From Piromyces finnis finn (taxonomy: Eukaryota; Fungi; Neocallimastigomycota): 64,000 nucleotides of DNA. Below, one piece after another: positions 49,701-60,214 of the stretch. The translations under genes were made by a program, and so were the position numbers. The stretch covers positions 1-64,000 of the forward strand of contig MCFH01000094.1 of assembly GCA_002104945.1 (NCBI GenBank). Direction: 5' to 3'. The notes beneath the pieces are model-generated. The model did no database searches. It was not told where the DNA came from and worked only from the letters and a program-made list of their open reading frames with translations. Position 1 is the stretch's first letter. Each line of letters opens with the position of its first letter.

Positions 49701-52700
49701 AAGAAAAGTGGTTTTCTCAACATCAAACTCACATTTTTCTAATTTAACATAAAGATTATTTTCAAGTAGTTTCTTAAGTACCTTTTTAACATGCTCATGA
49801 TGTTCTTCGATATTATTAGAATAAATAAGAATATCATCAATATATGAGATAACAAAATCGTCTAAATAGTCACTAAGGACATCGTTAATGAAGTGTTGAA
49901 AAGTTGCAGGTGCATTCTTTAATCCAAAAGGCATAACCAGATATTCAAAATGTCCATATCTAGTACGAAAAGCCGTTTTGTATTCGTCACCTTCTTTAAT
50001 ACGAACAAGATTATAAGTGGATTTAAGGTCTAATTTAGTAAAAATCTTAGCATTTTTCACCCTATCCAAAAGGTCACTAATTAAAGGTAAAGGATATGAA
50101 TTACGAATGGTAATATCATTCAACTTTCTATAATCGATACAAAGTCTTAGGGAGCCATCCTTCTTTTTAACAAATAAAATTGGGGCACCAGCAGGAGACG
50201 ATGATTTCCTAATAAAACCTTTATTTAAATTATCATCAATATATTTTTTAAGTTCCTCTCTTTCAACTTCAGTTAATGGATACAAAGGTCCATAAAATAA
50301 AGTCGAATCATCTTTAAGTTTGATTTCACAATCATAAGGTCTATGAGGAGGTAACACTTCACAATTTTTTTCATTAAACACTTCACTAAATTCTAAATAT
50401 TGGGTTGGTACGGCGACCAATTTATCTTTATTAATATCTTTTTCATTATCATTATTACTACATGATTCGTTATCATTATTACATGTTTCATTAATTTTTG
50501 TTACAATACATTTAACTTTTTTATTAAAACTAATATATTCATCATCGCTATCATCTTCATCATTGATGGTTCTAACAAGGCGGCCTTTAACATATTCTTT
50601 TTCTTCATTGTTTGGGACAGAGGGATCTACTTTCGGCTTTTTGGTCAAGCTTCGGTCGAGAACATCATGATCTAACTGATCATTCTTTGACTTCTTTCTT
50701 GGTTTTCTCTTTCTTTTGCCTTTATTACAATGTCTGGCACAATAACCAGAACTAAAAGCGATTTTCTTAGAGTCGTAGAAAGCATTTGGATTATGCTTCT
50801 TTATCCACGGCAAACCAAGAATAACATCAACACCGGGGACTTGTAATCCATAAAGTTGAATTACTTCGAAGTGATTTTTGCAACGGAGCATGCACTTCTC
50901 AGTCCTTTCCCAAACACTAACAACTCCATCACTAACACCAGATACACGGAATGGTTCTACTTTTTCCAAATTAATACCAAGGTCTTCAGCAAGACTTGGA
51001 TTAATGAAATTTAATTCAGAACCGGAATCAATTAAAACCTTAATTTTAACTTCCGAAACTTCATTGGTACTCAAGTAAAAATCCACAAGGTTTAAATCAC
51101 TTTTCACTCCCTTGACTCCAACTTTGTAAATTTTTGGATTAACAATTTTTGGAGTCCTTTCTTTAACAATTCTTAACACTTTTCTGGGCTTTACTCTATT
51201 AGGACAATTAAATTTTAAATGTCCCGGTTGTTTACAAAGAAAACATAACCCTTTTTTCTTTTCTTCTTCAAAGTTATCTATGTTTTCATTGTAATTTTTA
51301 CTTGATCCTTGAATATTCACATACCTTTTTCGTTTATTCTCTCTACTAATTTTAAATACATCCACATCCATAGGATCATTAGCCCTTCTACCATTAAAAT
51401 AAAATTCACTTAAAGAATTCCTTTTCATCATATCTTCAACTAAAATAGTTGAAGAAATCAATTGTTCAATTGAAGTTGGGTTTGATTCAATGAAAGCCAA
51501 CTTCTCCCTAAGTGGTGGTAATAAACCTTTCAGAAACATGTAGATTTTTGCGCTATCATTAAAGCTTGAATTTTGGCTAATACGTTGAAACTCGGTAATG
51601 TAATCTAATACCTGACCAAGTTTCCTTTGGCGAAGATTATCTAATTTACCGTTAGCTACAACGGTATCGTATCTATAACTGCCAAAATTAGCCTTCAACC
51701 TATCTACAAATTCATCATAATGGTTTAAAACCCCACTACTATTCTTCATCAACACTGAAGCCCATTCCAAAGGTTTACCAGAAAAGTATGATATAACGAA
51801 GTCGACCTTGACTCGATCTGTATTATACAGTGTCGGTCGAGTACGAAATACCAACTCCACTCTAGTTAAAAATCCATCCAATTCTCTTTGTTTACCAGAA
51901 AATGTCGGTGGAGCATTAATAATGTTCCCCGAGTTCCCGGAAACACCCACATTCCTATCACCCATTTCTAAATTTAAATTTTCAAACTCACTAATTAAAT
52001 CCTCCAATTCAAAATATAATATATAATATAAAATTAAAATGGTTTCTTACTACTATTTCAAGTAAGTAATCTTAAATTTTTTTTTTAATTACACTACTAC
52101 AATTTATCCTAATACAAAAGTTATTCAAACGCGTTCTGCAAAGCAGTGTCGAACAAGTTTTGTATTACTAATTAATATTGGTTAATTCTTCTTTCTTCTT
52201 GCACTCGGTGGTAGTTTCTAATTCTAACCAGTAGTCAAAATTTCTTCTTTCTTTTTATTCGGCGGTAGTTTCCAATTCTAACCAGTAATTAAAGTTCTTT
52301 CTTGCTTTTTGTACCCGGCGGTAGATACCCTAACGTATTCTCTATCTTCGTTGGGTAATTGTTATTGTAATGTTGAACACTGAAAGAATAGATTAGGATA
52401 TCTATTCTATTACAATAACACAAAAATTTGAAAAAATAAAATAAAAAATTGTTTTATAAAATATCTTTTATTATAATAGAATTTTAATAATAACAATTAC
52501 ATCGATAAAATGATGAAAAATATCTTCTATTTATATTTTTCCTAAATACATTTATATTATATTATAACTATTTATTTCTTATATATTATTATTTAAAATC
52601 TACACTAAAATCTTAATTATTAATAAATATTTAAACTATAACTATTTTTAGTAAAATACAATTGGCAATTCAAATTAAGTACCATTTAATTTGAATATGT

Positions 52701-52971
52701 GCCCATGTATTATTGATATATTAATCATTTATTATTTATCTATTTCTATAAAAAACCAATACTAAAACTAGGGATTTAAATTGAGAATATTAATTTACTT
52801 GTTAAACATTAAAAATAAATTAATAATTTATTTTGTTTTAAACTTTAATTATTAATAAATAAATTATGTCTCATTTTCTTTTTCTGAATATAATTTGTGT
52901 AACTTAAACAATAATACTTGTGGCTTAAGTTACATTAAAGATATCAAACAGAGGCGTTTGATATCTTTACA
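46776..52971 (-). mobile_element. Intact Ty3/gypsy chromovirus-type element B
   Basis: 606-bp LTRs at 46776-47381 and 52366-52971 (at least 3 differences seen), TSD GTATA (46771-46775 and 52972-52976), PPT AGAGAGAGAGAT next to 47382, self-priming PBS 52355-52365. Confidence 0.97.
47418..52007 (-). CDS. Single-ORF Gag-Pol of element B with C-terminal chromodomain-like region
   Basis: CFLCKQPGHLKFNC knuckle, LIDSGS, YIDD, VETDAS, HDSVAAGH...CVTC, integrase, then IPEKIEKMKSVNGETFYKLSWKGFDKSTWISEDQI. Confidence 0.96.
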   Translation of the reverse strand: MEDLISEFENLNLEMGDRNVGVSGNSGNIINAPPTFSGKQRELDGFLTRVELVFRTRPTLYNTDRVKVDFVISYFSGKPLEWASVLMKNSSGVLNHYDEFVDRLKANFGSYRYDTVVANGKLDNLRQRKLGQVLDYITEFQRISQNSSFNDSAKIYMFLKGLLPPLREKLAFIESNPTSIEQLISSTILVEDMMKRNSLSEFYFNGRRANDPMDVDVFKISRENKRKRYVNIQGSSKNYNENIDNFEEEKKKGLCFLCKQPGHLKFNCPNRVKPRKVLRIVKERTPKIVNPKIYKVGVKGVKSDLNLVDFYLSTNEVSEVKIKVLIDSGSELNFINPSLAEDLGINLEKVEPFRVSGVSDGVVSVWERTEKCMLRCKNHFEVIQLYGLQVPGVDVILGLPWIKKHNPNAFYDSKKIAFSSGYCARHCNKGKRKRKPRKKSKNDQLDHDVLDRSLTKKPKVDPSVPNNEEKEYVKGRLVRTINDEDDSDDEYISFNKKVKCIVTKINETCNNDNESCSNNDNEKDINKDKLVAVPTQYLEFSEVFNEKNCEVLPPHRPYDCEIKLKDDSTLFYGPLYPLTEVEREELKKYIDDNLNKGFIRKSSSPAGAPILFVKKKDGSLRLCIDYRKLNDITIRNSYPLPLISDLLDRVKNAKIFTKLDLKSTYNLVRIKEGDEYKTAFRTRYGHFEYLVMPFGLKNAPATFQHFINDVLSDYLDDFVISYIDDILIYSNNIEEHHEHVKKVLKKLLENNLYVKLEKCEFDVEKTTFLGYVISKDGLQMDENKVKAILDWPVPKNVKEVQSFIGLCNYYRIFIKDFAKIANPLHKLTRKNVAFNWVKEDQDAFILLKSLFTSAPILKHADSNKQFIVETDASNYAVGAILSQEFDGKLHPIAFLSKSLTSCQRNYPIYDKELLAIVVALEEWRHYLEGARHQFIIYTDHKNLTFPRKPEMLSQRQIRWNLFLSRFDFKLIYRAGKKSGKPDILSRRSDHVENNINSDVSCLTISFHHSDNKPLIDSILLELKNDDLYNSIVQFKMNGSACNAPIKNIDKVIIDNEGFLLYNNLIYVPKSLRTRVLELHHDSVAAGHFGIKKTTELISRNFWWPRFHSDVKSFIKSCVTCCKSKVPRHKPYGLLSPLDTPSRPWSDISIDFIVDLPKSRDMTTLMVVVDRFTKFAHAIPLRCLPTASIAADAFIANVFRLHGLPDSIISDRGSQFTSDFWSRLCDLLNINHSLSTANHPQTDGQTERVNGILEQYFRCFINKKQNNWVDLIPFAEFAYNNTLQQSINQSPFFANYGFHPKFSLEIPANDRPSRAEQRVIDMNENFKLLKENLEKAKETYKKYADMKRMIPPEFEVGKKVWLLKDSPGTNLKRKLAPQMLGPFEIIEKVSSLAFKLKLPKTMRCHPVFHVSLLEPYFENKFNDRSNRRKRNIHLNTDLIEKIPEKIEKMKSVNGETFYKLSWKGFDKSTWISEDQIPDKQLIQEFERNSKKSKYKSNDSSMKIRKNKVGNLIKHRYQPFVIEIPSRKDSL

Positions 52972-53704
52972 GTATACAACACTAAACTAACAATTAAACT
53001 AATTATTTTTAATAATAATTTTTATTTATTTATTTATTTATTTTTAAAACTATACTAACTAAACAACCGTTGATTACTTTACCGTGAAGGATATTTTACC
53101 AGAGCCCTCACTAGGTAATCAATTTATATTTATTTAAAACTAAAATTATTAATCTAAACTATAAACTAATTATAAACTAATGTTAATTTATCTAAACAAA
53201 ATTAACCTATACGATTTTCCAACTATCGTTTCAATAGTTGAAAAATTTTCTTTATTTATACTTTTTAAATAAATTGAATAAATTCTAATATACATGTTTT
53301 AATATTATAATTTTACATTGTTTACATTTATACATTTATTAAAAGAAATTATTTGTATTAAACTATTTAAATTCAATTTATTTACTAAAGAATTTTCTAA
53401 ACTTAAAATAAAGTTTTGATTTATTTACTATATGGTTGATTATATTTCAAACATATATTCAATTTATTTATTTCTAATTTTGAGACTTAGTTTATAAAAA
53501 AAATTTTTTATTATCTAAAATATTTATTGGTTAAAATTTATTTAATTTAAAATTTTATTTTATCATCAAAAACTTTATCTTATCATAAAATTATATTTTA
53601 CATAAATTTATGTTAATGTGTTGTGATATAAATTTTTGTAATTAAAGAATAAAATTTACGGTACATTAATTTAATACATTTTACATTATTTTAAATACGT
53701 ATTA

Positions 53705-54030
53705 ATGTTAAGTTTTTGGGTTTGGTTATGCGGCCAGGTCAGAATGTTATTAATTATATAGTAAAAATGTTTTTTAAGAAATTAAATTTAATTATAAAAT
53801 AACACCTTAAACTCCCAAATGAAAAATGAAAAATTTATATTTACTTTAAAATAACTTTTTATAAATTTTTTATTTATTTAATAATAATAATATAAATGAT
53901 ATTATAAGTAACTATATAATTAAGATTATAACTATAATCTTTACAAAGAATTAAAATCGAATTCAATTCATTCTCTTTTATATTCTTTGTTCAGATTATT
54001 AAATTGATATTAATAAGAATAAAGTATTAC
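53705..54030 (-). repeat. Fragment of an LTR related to 38951-39707
   Basis: GGTCAGAATGT and TTACAAAGAATT...TTCTTTGTT blocks match the reverse complement of motifs at about 39241 and 38970-39005; diverged. Confidence 0.4.
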
Positions 54031-54479
54031 ATGTAATATATTAGTAATATAATTAAATAAGTAATAAGATTGTTTATTTGTTTGTTTGTTTGTCATGACA
54101 TAAAATAAAATAAACATATGATTAATCATTTAAACAGTTGATCCTAATTAGTAATTATAAAAACTATTCAATTAATAATTCATCATTATTAATTGATATT
54201 ACCATAACATATTTGTTATAATTAAATAATTATTATTTTCAAAATTATTTCTAATAAAACTTGCCGTTAACCTATTTTATAATAATTAAAATTATTTAAT
54301 TTATAGGTGTTAACTGTTACACCTAAATGGGTCTAGTTCTATTTTTAGTAACAATCGTTATCATTAATTAAATTAATATAACTAAAATTCCTATTGATAT
54401 ATTTTTAATTTCATCAAGTCATAAGAAATATTTATGATCCATACTTGATATCATATTGATTTTAATTTACCTAATAAAA

Positions 54480-54640
54480 TCTTTAAATGATCATAACTTC
54501 CTTAAATGATCAGTTAGAAGGACCGCGATTGTACCAAATTGTAGCTTTCTTCCTAAGCTTTCCAATAAACCTAGTTTCATCACCGTAGCACTTACAGCCG
54601 TAGCGATCGTTTTTGGCGAGTTACACCTTATTTCGTACTT
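54480..54640 (-). pseudogene. Degraded gypsy gag relic
   Basis: Minus strand reads DETRFIGKLRKKATIWYNRG, resembling the FI..L.G.A..W gag motif, followed by stops. Confidence 0.3.
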
Positions 54641-54903
54641 GCTTATTTTTGGTTAAGGGTTATAGTGTATTGATATTAAATTTTTGAAATCATAACCCTT
54701 TCACTGAATCAAAATTTAAAAGGTGACTTTTAAAAGTGTTTTAAAATAATTATTGAAATTATTTAATTATAATTATTATGTTTAATTAATTATAGATATT
54801 ATCTGAATTTGTTTTAAATCCAGTTAATATCTTCACAAATTTTCTACTAATATCAAATTTATAATATATTTATAATTATTATTTATCAAAAATATTACAA
54901 GCT

Positions 54904-54975
54904 GGGGATATAACTCAGTGGTAGAGTGCTTGCTTTGCATGCAAGAAGCCTCGGGTTCGATCCCCGATATCTCCA
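54904..54975 (+). tRNA. tRNA-Ala(UGC)
   Basis: Complete cloverleaf, acceptor GGGGATA/TATCTCC with G3:U70 Ala determinant, loop TTTGCAT, GGTTCGATCCC B box. Confidence 0.95.
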
Positions 54976-55331
54976 TTAATTATTTTATACTTATAATATT
55001 AAAATATGAATATATAATGTATAAATTTATTTTATTAAGTAAATGTGAGAATTATTTAGAGTATAATTGTATTTGAGTTTATAAATTAAGATATATTCTA
55101 TTAAATATATAGTTAACACTATTAAATTTTAATAATATATAATAAATATAGTATTTATAGAATTATTTTATTTAATTTTTTATTACATATAGATGATAAT
55201 TACAAAATATTTAAATATTGAATTTACTATAAAATGAACATTAATAATCTTACAAAGAATTTTTAAAATTATTCTTTATTCCTCTTATTTATACTTTCAT
55301 TTTTTAATATAATATTGATATTAATAAAGTC

Positions 55332-55480
<149 letters not shown>

Positions 55481-55589
55481 TCTTTTATAATTTAAAATAT
55501 TTTTATAAAGTAAACTATCATTAATAATATATTATTATTTTTTAGCCACAAAATACATTTCTCCTATTTATTAAAATAATCGTAATAAT

Positions 55590-55995
55590 GGTTATTGAAA
55601 AAATGTCTACTGTTTCTTATTGCTAAATGGTTATGACCTTTCTGGTCTGTTATATCGAAATTTCAGCCTAAACGCACTTTCATACATTCATATGACTAAT
55701 AATTGTACTATATTCTTTAATCATATGATTTTGTCACATATGATTCTGTAGACCATGCATATTAATCATCTAAATGTTCCACTTCTTATGAGAAATGAAT
55801 TTACATTTTTGGCTTGTTTATCTATGTCAATACACATTATTAATCTTCTAATTTAATATGTATCATGTACACTTGTTCATTTCAGGTAGGTAAGATAAGT
55901 GTTATTATAATGATTATAAACTAGAATTCTTTATCTTATTTTAACAATATTATCTAACACATAACAAAACAAAGGGGTGCATATTCGAACTAGAG
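55590..55995 (-). mobile_element. Old, diverged copy of the SINE-like family
   Basis: Colinear blocks match 37520-37950: TGCTAAATGGTTATGACCTTCTGGTCTGTTAT vs TGCTAGGTGGTTGTGACCCTCCTGGTCTGTCAT; ATGTATCATGTACACT vs ATGTACCATGTACACT; possible B-box remnant TTCGAACTAGAGGC. Confidence 0.6.
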
Positions 55996-56195
55996 GCAAA
56001 ACATTATTATATTAATACTTTAATCAATTAATAGTTTCAAAATTACTATATTACATTGTTATTTTAAGAAAAAAATTCACAAAAAGAAAATTAACAACTT
56101 TTTTATAAAAATTTATACCTATCGACGGAATATAACCACCTATCTTTGCTTTACAAAAAATAGGTTTTACTACTAATTCAAACATACATTAAATT

Positions 56196-56266
56196 TGAGT
56201 TAACCGGGAATCGAACCCGAGTCATTTGCTTGGAAGGCAATTATTCTATCTCTATACTATTAACTC
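56196..56266 (-). tRNA. tRNA-Gly(UCC), possibly a pseudogene
   Basis: Acceptor GAGTTAA/TTAACTC, loop CTTCCAA, GGTTCGATTCC; the D loop lacks the conserved GG and the top anticodon-stem pair is A-A. Confidence 0.75.
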
Positions 56267-57952
56267 TTTATTTATTTACTGTTGTTAAGGAATGAACATA
56301 AATAGTTGAATTAGCTAGAATTTTAGGATTTAACCTTCAACTATTTATATTCCTTACTAGTGTTTAACTCTATTTTTAAAATATAAAAATTATAATATAT
56401 AATTTTTATACATTTTTCTAGTAATTATTAATATTTTTATTATATAGTTATATTATTTGTATATAGTTATTTAAGACCTTTATTATTAGTATTAGTATAA
56501 TTACTTATAATATTTTATACTTATAAAATTTTACAAAATTTTATTATTAAAATAGTTATAGGTATTTTATTATTATTTAAGGTTTATTTTATTAATTAAC
56601 TTTATTGTATAATATTTTATAATTTGAAATTATGACATAGAATTTAATTATAATTTTTACTAAAAGAGGCAACTGTTACACACAAAACAGAAGATACCTC
56701 GACAGAAAAATTATTATTTATGTCTAAAAAAGGGCATAATTAATTGAATAATATAATTTTATTATATGTCATAATTAAATATATAATATATGATATGCAA
56801 AAATGTTACACATATCATAAATTAAAAATTTATTAATTATAAATTAAAAATTTTTCTATTCAAATATTAAGAGATTATTCATAATATATATTAAGGATTT
56901 AATTAATATATGTTACAGTGAATGATCCATATATTATGAATGAAATCAATTTAAATCCTTAGCTATCCAAAACCATTAAATTTCAAATAATGGATAGTTG
57001 GAAAAAGTACGAGGATTTTTGAGAAAAATTTTAAAAATTGAAAAATCAAAAATAAATTAAATGAATAAAAATTAAAATTAAATAAATTTTTATTTTTATA
57101 ACTATTCAAGTGTTTTGTGATATCTTATTTGAACCGTAGCACTGTGATAAATAATGAAATTAATAAATATAAAATTATTATTAAACCTGATTTTTAAGTT
57201 AACCCTAAAAGTAACTTAAAACAAGTTATAGTTTAATTAAGTACTTTACCAAAATTCTTAAATAAAATTAATCCTAAACACTACATATATTTTGATTATT
57301 GAAAGAAAATAATAAACTTTAATTAATCGAGATCAAAATATATAACTCTTGTTAAATTAATTGTTAAATTAAATATTTAATAACTTCGTTAGTAAATTAC
57401 ACTTTAAAAGTAAACAAATATAATAATTCATGTTATAAAATAATATAATTAAACACCTTTATTAAAACATTAAAAATAATTATTACTTTAATTAATTGTA
57501 AAATAAACAACTTTTTATATTTTTTAACTTTTAATTATTTCTTTTATTGTTATTTCTAATTACTTTTATTGTAAATAGTTATTAATTTTATTGTTTTAAT
57601 GTAAATAGTTTAAATCTAAAAGAAAATATAAATACATGTAAATATTCTTATTTTAATCATTATTATTATTATTAATAAAGAAATATTATATAGTTAGATT
57701 AATATTTTATAATTTTAATAATCACTTTTATACTTAAATAAATAAAATTTTAAATATTTAAATATTAGAAAAACAAGTGTTTCTAATAAAACAATTTAGT
57801 GTTTTAACAAAACAATTTTATTAATTTTTATTAAAACGATCTTAAATCTTAATCAATATAACTTATATAGTTATAACAAAAGATATAATATAATAATCAC
57901 TTTTTGAAGTAAAATTCAAAATTAAGATTATTACCAAATTATATCAACTGAT

Positions 57953-58818
57953 TGTAATAATTCCATTATAAATTATTATATAATAGAATTATTAACTACA
58001 ATTTATTGATAAATTGAGAATAAAAAGAAAATAAATATTAATACTTATCTTTAAGTTCGAGTTTATTATAAGAGTAGAAATAATTTTACACTTTAATAAG
58101 TTAATATGTTTTATTATAACTAAGTTAAGTAAAATAAAATTAAAAACGCTTTTATTATTATAATTTGTTTCTTATAATAATAACTCTTGATTTATTAGAA
58201 GGGAATCAAGAGTCTTTATTTATATTATTTAATAAATTTAAAGTTTAAATTAAAATTTTATCTAATCTTAACAAAATAATTTTTTGTTTAGGAAAAGATT
58301 AGAAGAAAAACCTAAACAAAGTTCGATCAACATTCTATACATATTGATCATCGTATATTTTAAGTAAAACCAATTATTTTAGAAATTGGAAAAAACCTTA
58401 AAATATCGATTCCTAAACAATGAATAATTATTTTAAAGTAATTAATTAAATAAATAATTAAATATATTTGATAAAAATATAAAGTTAAATAAAAGTAATT
58501 AATTAAATTAATTAATTAAATGAATAAATATAATTAATAAAAATATAAAGTTAAATAAAAGTAATTAATTAAATTAATTAGTTAAATGCATAAATATAAT
58601 TAATAAAAATATTAAATAAAATATTAATGAATAATATAATTAAATGGCTAAATGTAATTTAAGATATTAAAATTAAGTGAAAATAAATAATTAAAATAAA
58701 TTTAAATGAGAATAATTATTTAAATAAATTAATATTATTAACATTAATTAATGATTAATAATTAATGATTTTAACTAAGAAATATTAATTATGTATCAAA
58801 TAATTATTATTTCTTACA
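57953..58818 (-). repeat. Full-length solo LTR of element A family (866 bp)
   Basis: Reverse complement of the A LTR end to end; flanks CTGAT and TACAT do not form a TSD. Confidence 0.93.
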
Positions 58819-59308
58819 TACATAAACAGTGTAAAAGGTTTTTATATTATTAGTTAATAAGTTACTAATTAGTTAATTAAGTTAGTTATTACCTCTCTAT
58901 ACGAGTTAATAACTAAATAAAGTTTTATAAAAAATAATAAAAGAAAGAAAATAAATATTATAACACTAAAATAAATATAAACACTTATATAAATATTTTA
59001 TGAAATAACTTTTACTTAAATAATTATATTTTAATTATATCTTTTATTTATTTATTATAATTATCTACATTAATTTTATTATAGCTATTAATTTACTTTA
59101 ATACTAACGCTAAAGTATTTAACGTTAGTTTTGACTATACTATTTAACTATATGAGTTTATTTTCTTTACCACTTGATTGGGTAAAGCAAATAAACTTCC
59201 TATTTAATTAATAACCATTAATATATGGTTATACATATATTTGGCCAATAAATGATGACCAGAATATATGGTTTCAATTGAAATATTTGTGGGCAAACTT
59301 ATGGCCAC

Positions 59309-60167
59309 TGTAAAATATTGTATTAATAGAATAATGTATTTTAATACGTATTTAAAATAATGTATAATGTATCGAATTAATGTACCGTAAATCTTTACAA
59401 AATTTATATCACAATACATTAACATAAATCTATGTGAAATATAAAGTTACGATAAAATAATGTATTACAATACATTAACATAAATTTATGTAAATTTAAT
59501 TTTATGATAAGATAAAGTTTTTGATGATAAAATAAATTTTTTAAATTAAATAATTTTTAACCAATAAATATTTTAGATAAGAAAAAATTTTTTTTATAAA
59601 CTAAGCCTCAAAATTAGAAATAAATAAATTAAATATATGTTTGAAATATAATCAACCATATAGTAAATAAATCAAAACTTTATTTTAAGTTTAGAAAATT
59701 CTTTAGTAAATAAATTGAATTTAAATAGTTTAATACAAATAAATTCTTTTAATAAATGCATAAATGTAAACAATGTAAAATTATAATATTAAAACATGTA
59801 TATTAGAATTTATTCAATTTATTTAAAAAGTATAAATAAAGAAAATTTTTCAACTATTGAAACGATAGTTGGAAAATCGTATAGTTTAGTTATATAGTTA
59901 GTTTAGATTATTAGTTTTAATTTAATTAGTTAATAATTGATTACCTAGTGAGGGCTCTGGTGAAATAACCTTCACGGTAAAGTAATCAACGGTTGTTTTA
60001 GTTTAGTTTAGTTTAATATAATTTAATAAATAAAAAGTTTAATAATTAATAAATTTATAACTAGTGTTTAGTTTAGTTAGTGTATACAAACCTGAACTTA
60101 GAATAGAATATTTTACAATTTTCCAACTTATTAGTATAGTAGTTCACCTTTGTATACAAGTAGCAAT

Positions 60168-60214
<47 letters not shown>

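Larger units (their letters stand above)
46745..53704 (-). repeat. Element D-family LTR (minus orientation) split by insertion of element B
   Basis: 46745-46775 joined to 52977-53704 is the reverse complement of the D LTR (e.g. ACGATTTTCCAACTATCGTTTCAATAGTTG near 53211); truncated about 33 bp short of its far end. Confidence 0.85.

Noticed and set aside
57948-58823. Simple solo LTR formed by intra-element recombination
   Set aside because: Flanks CTGAT and TACAT do not match, so a conventional solo-LTR origin is unsupported.
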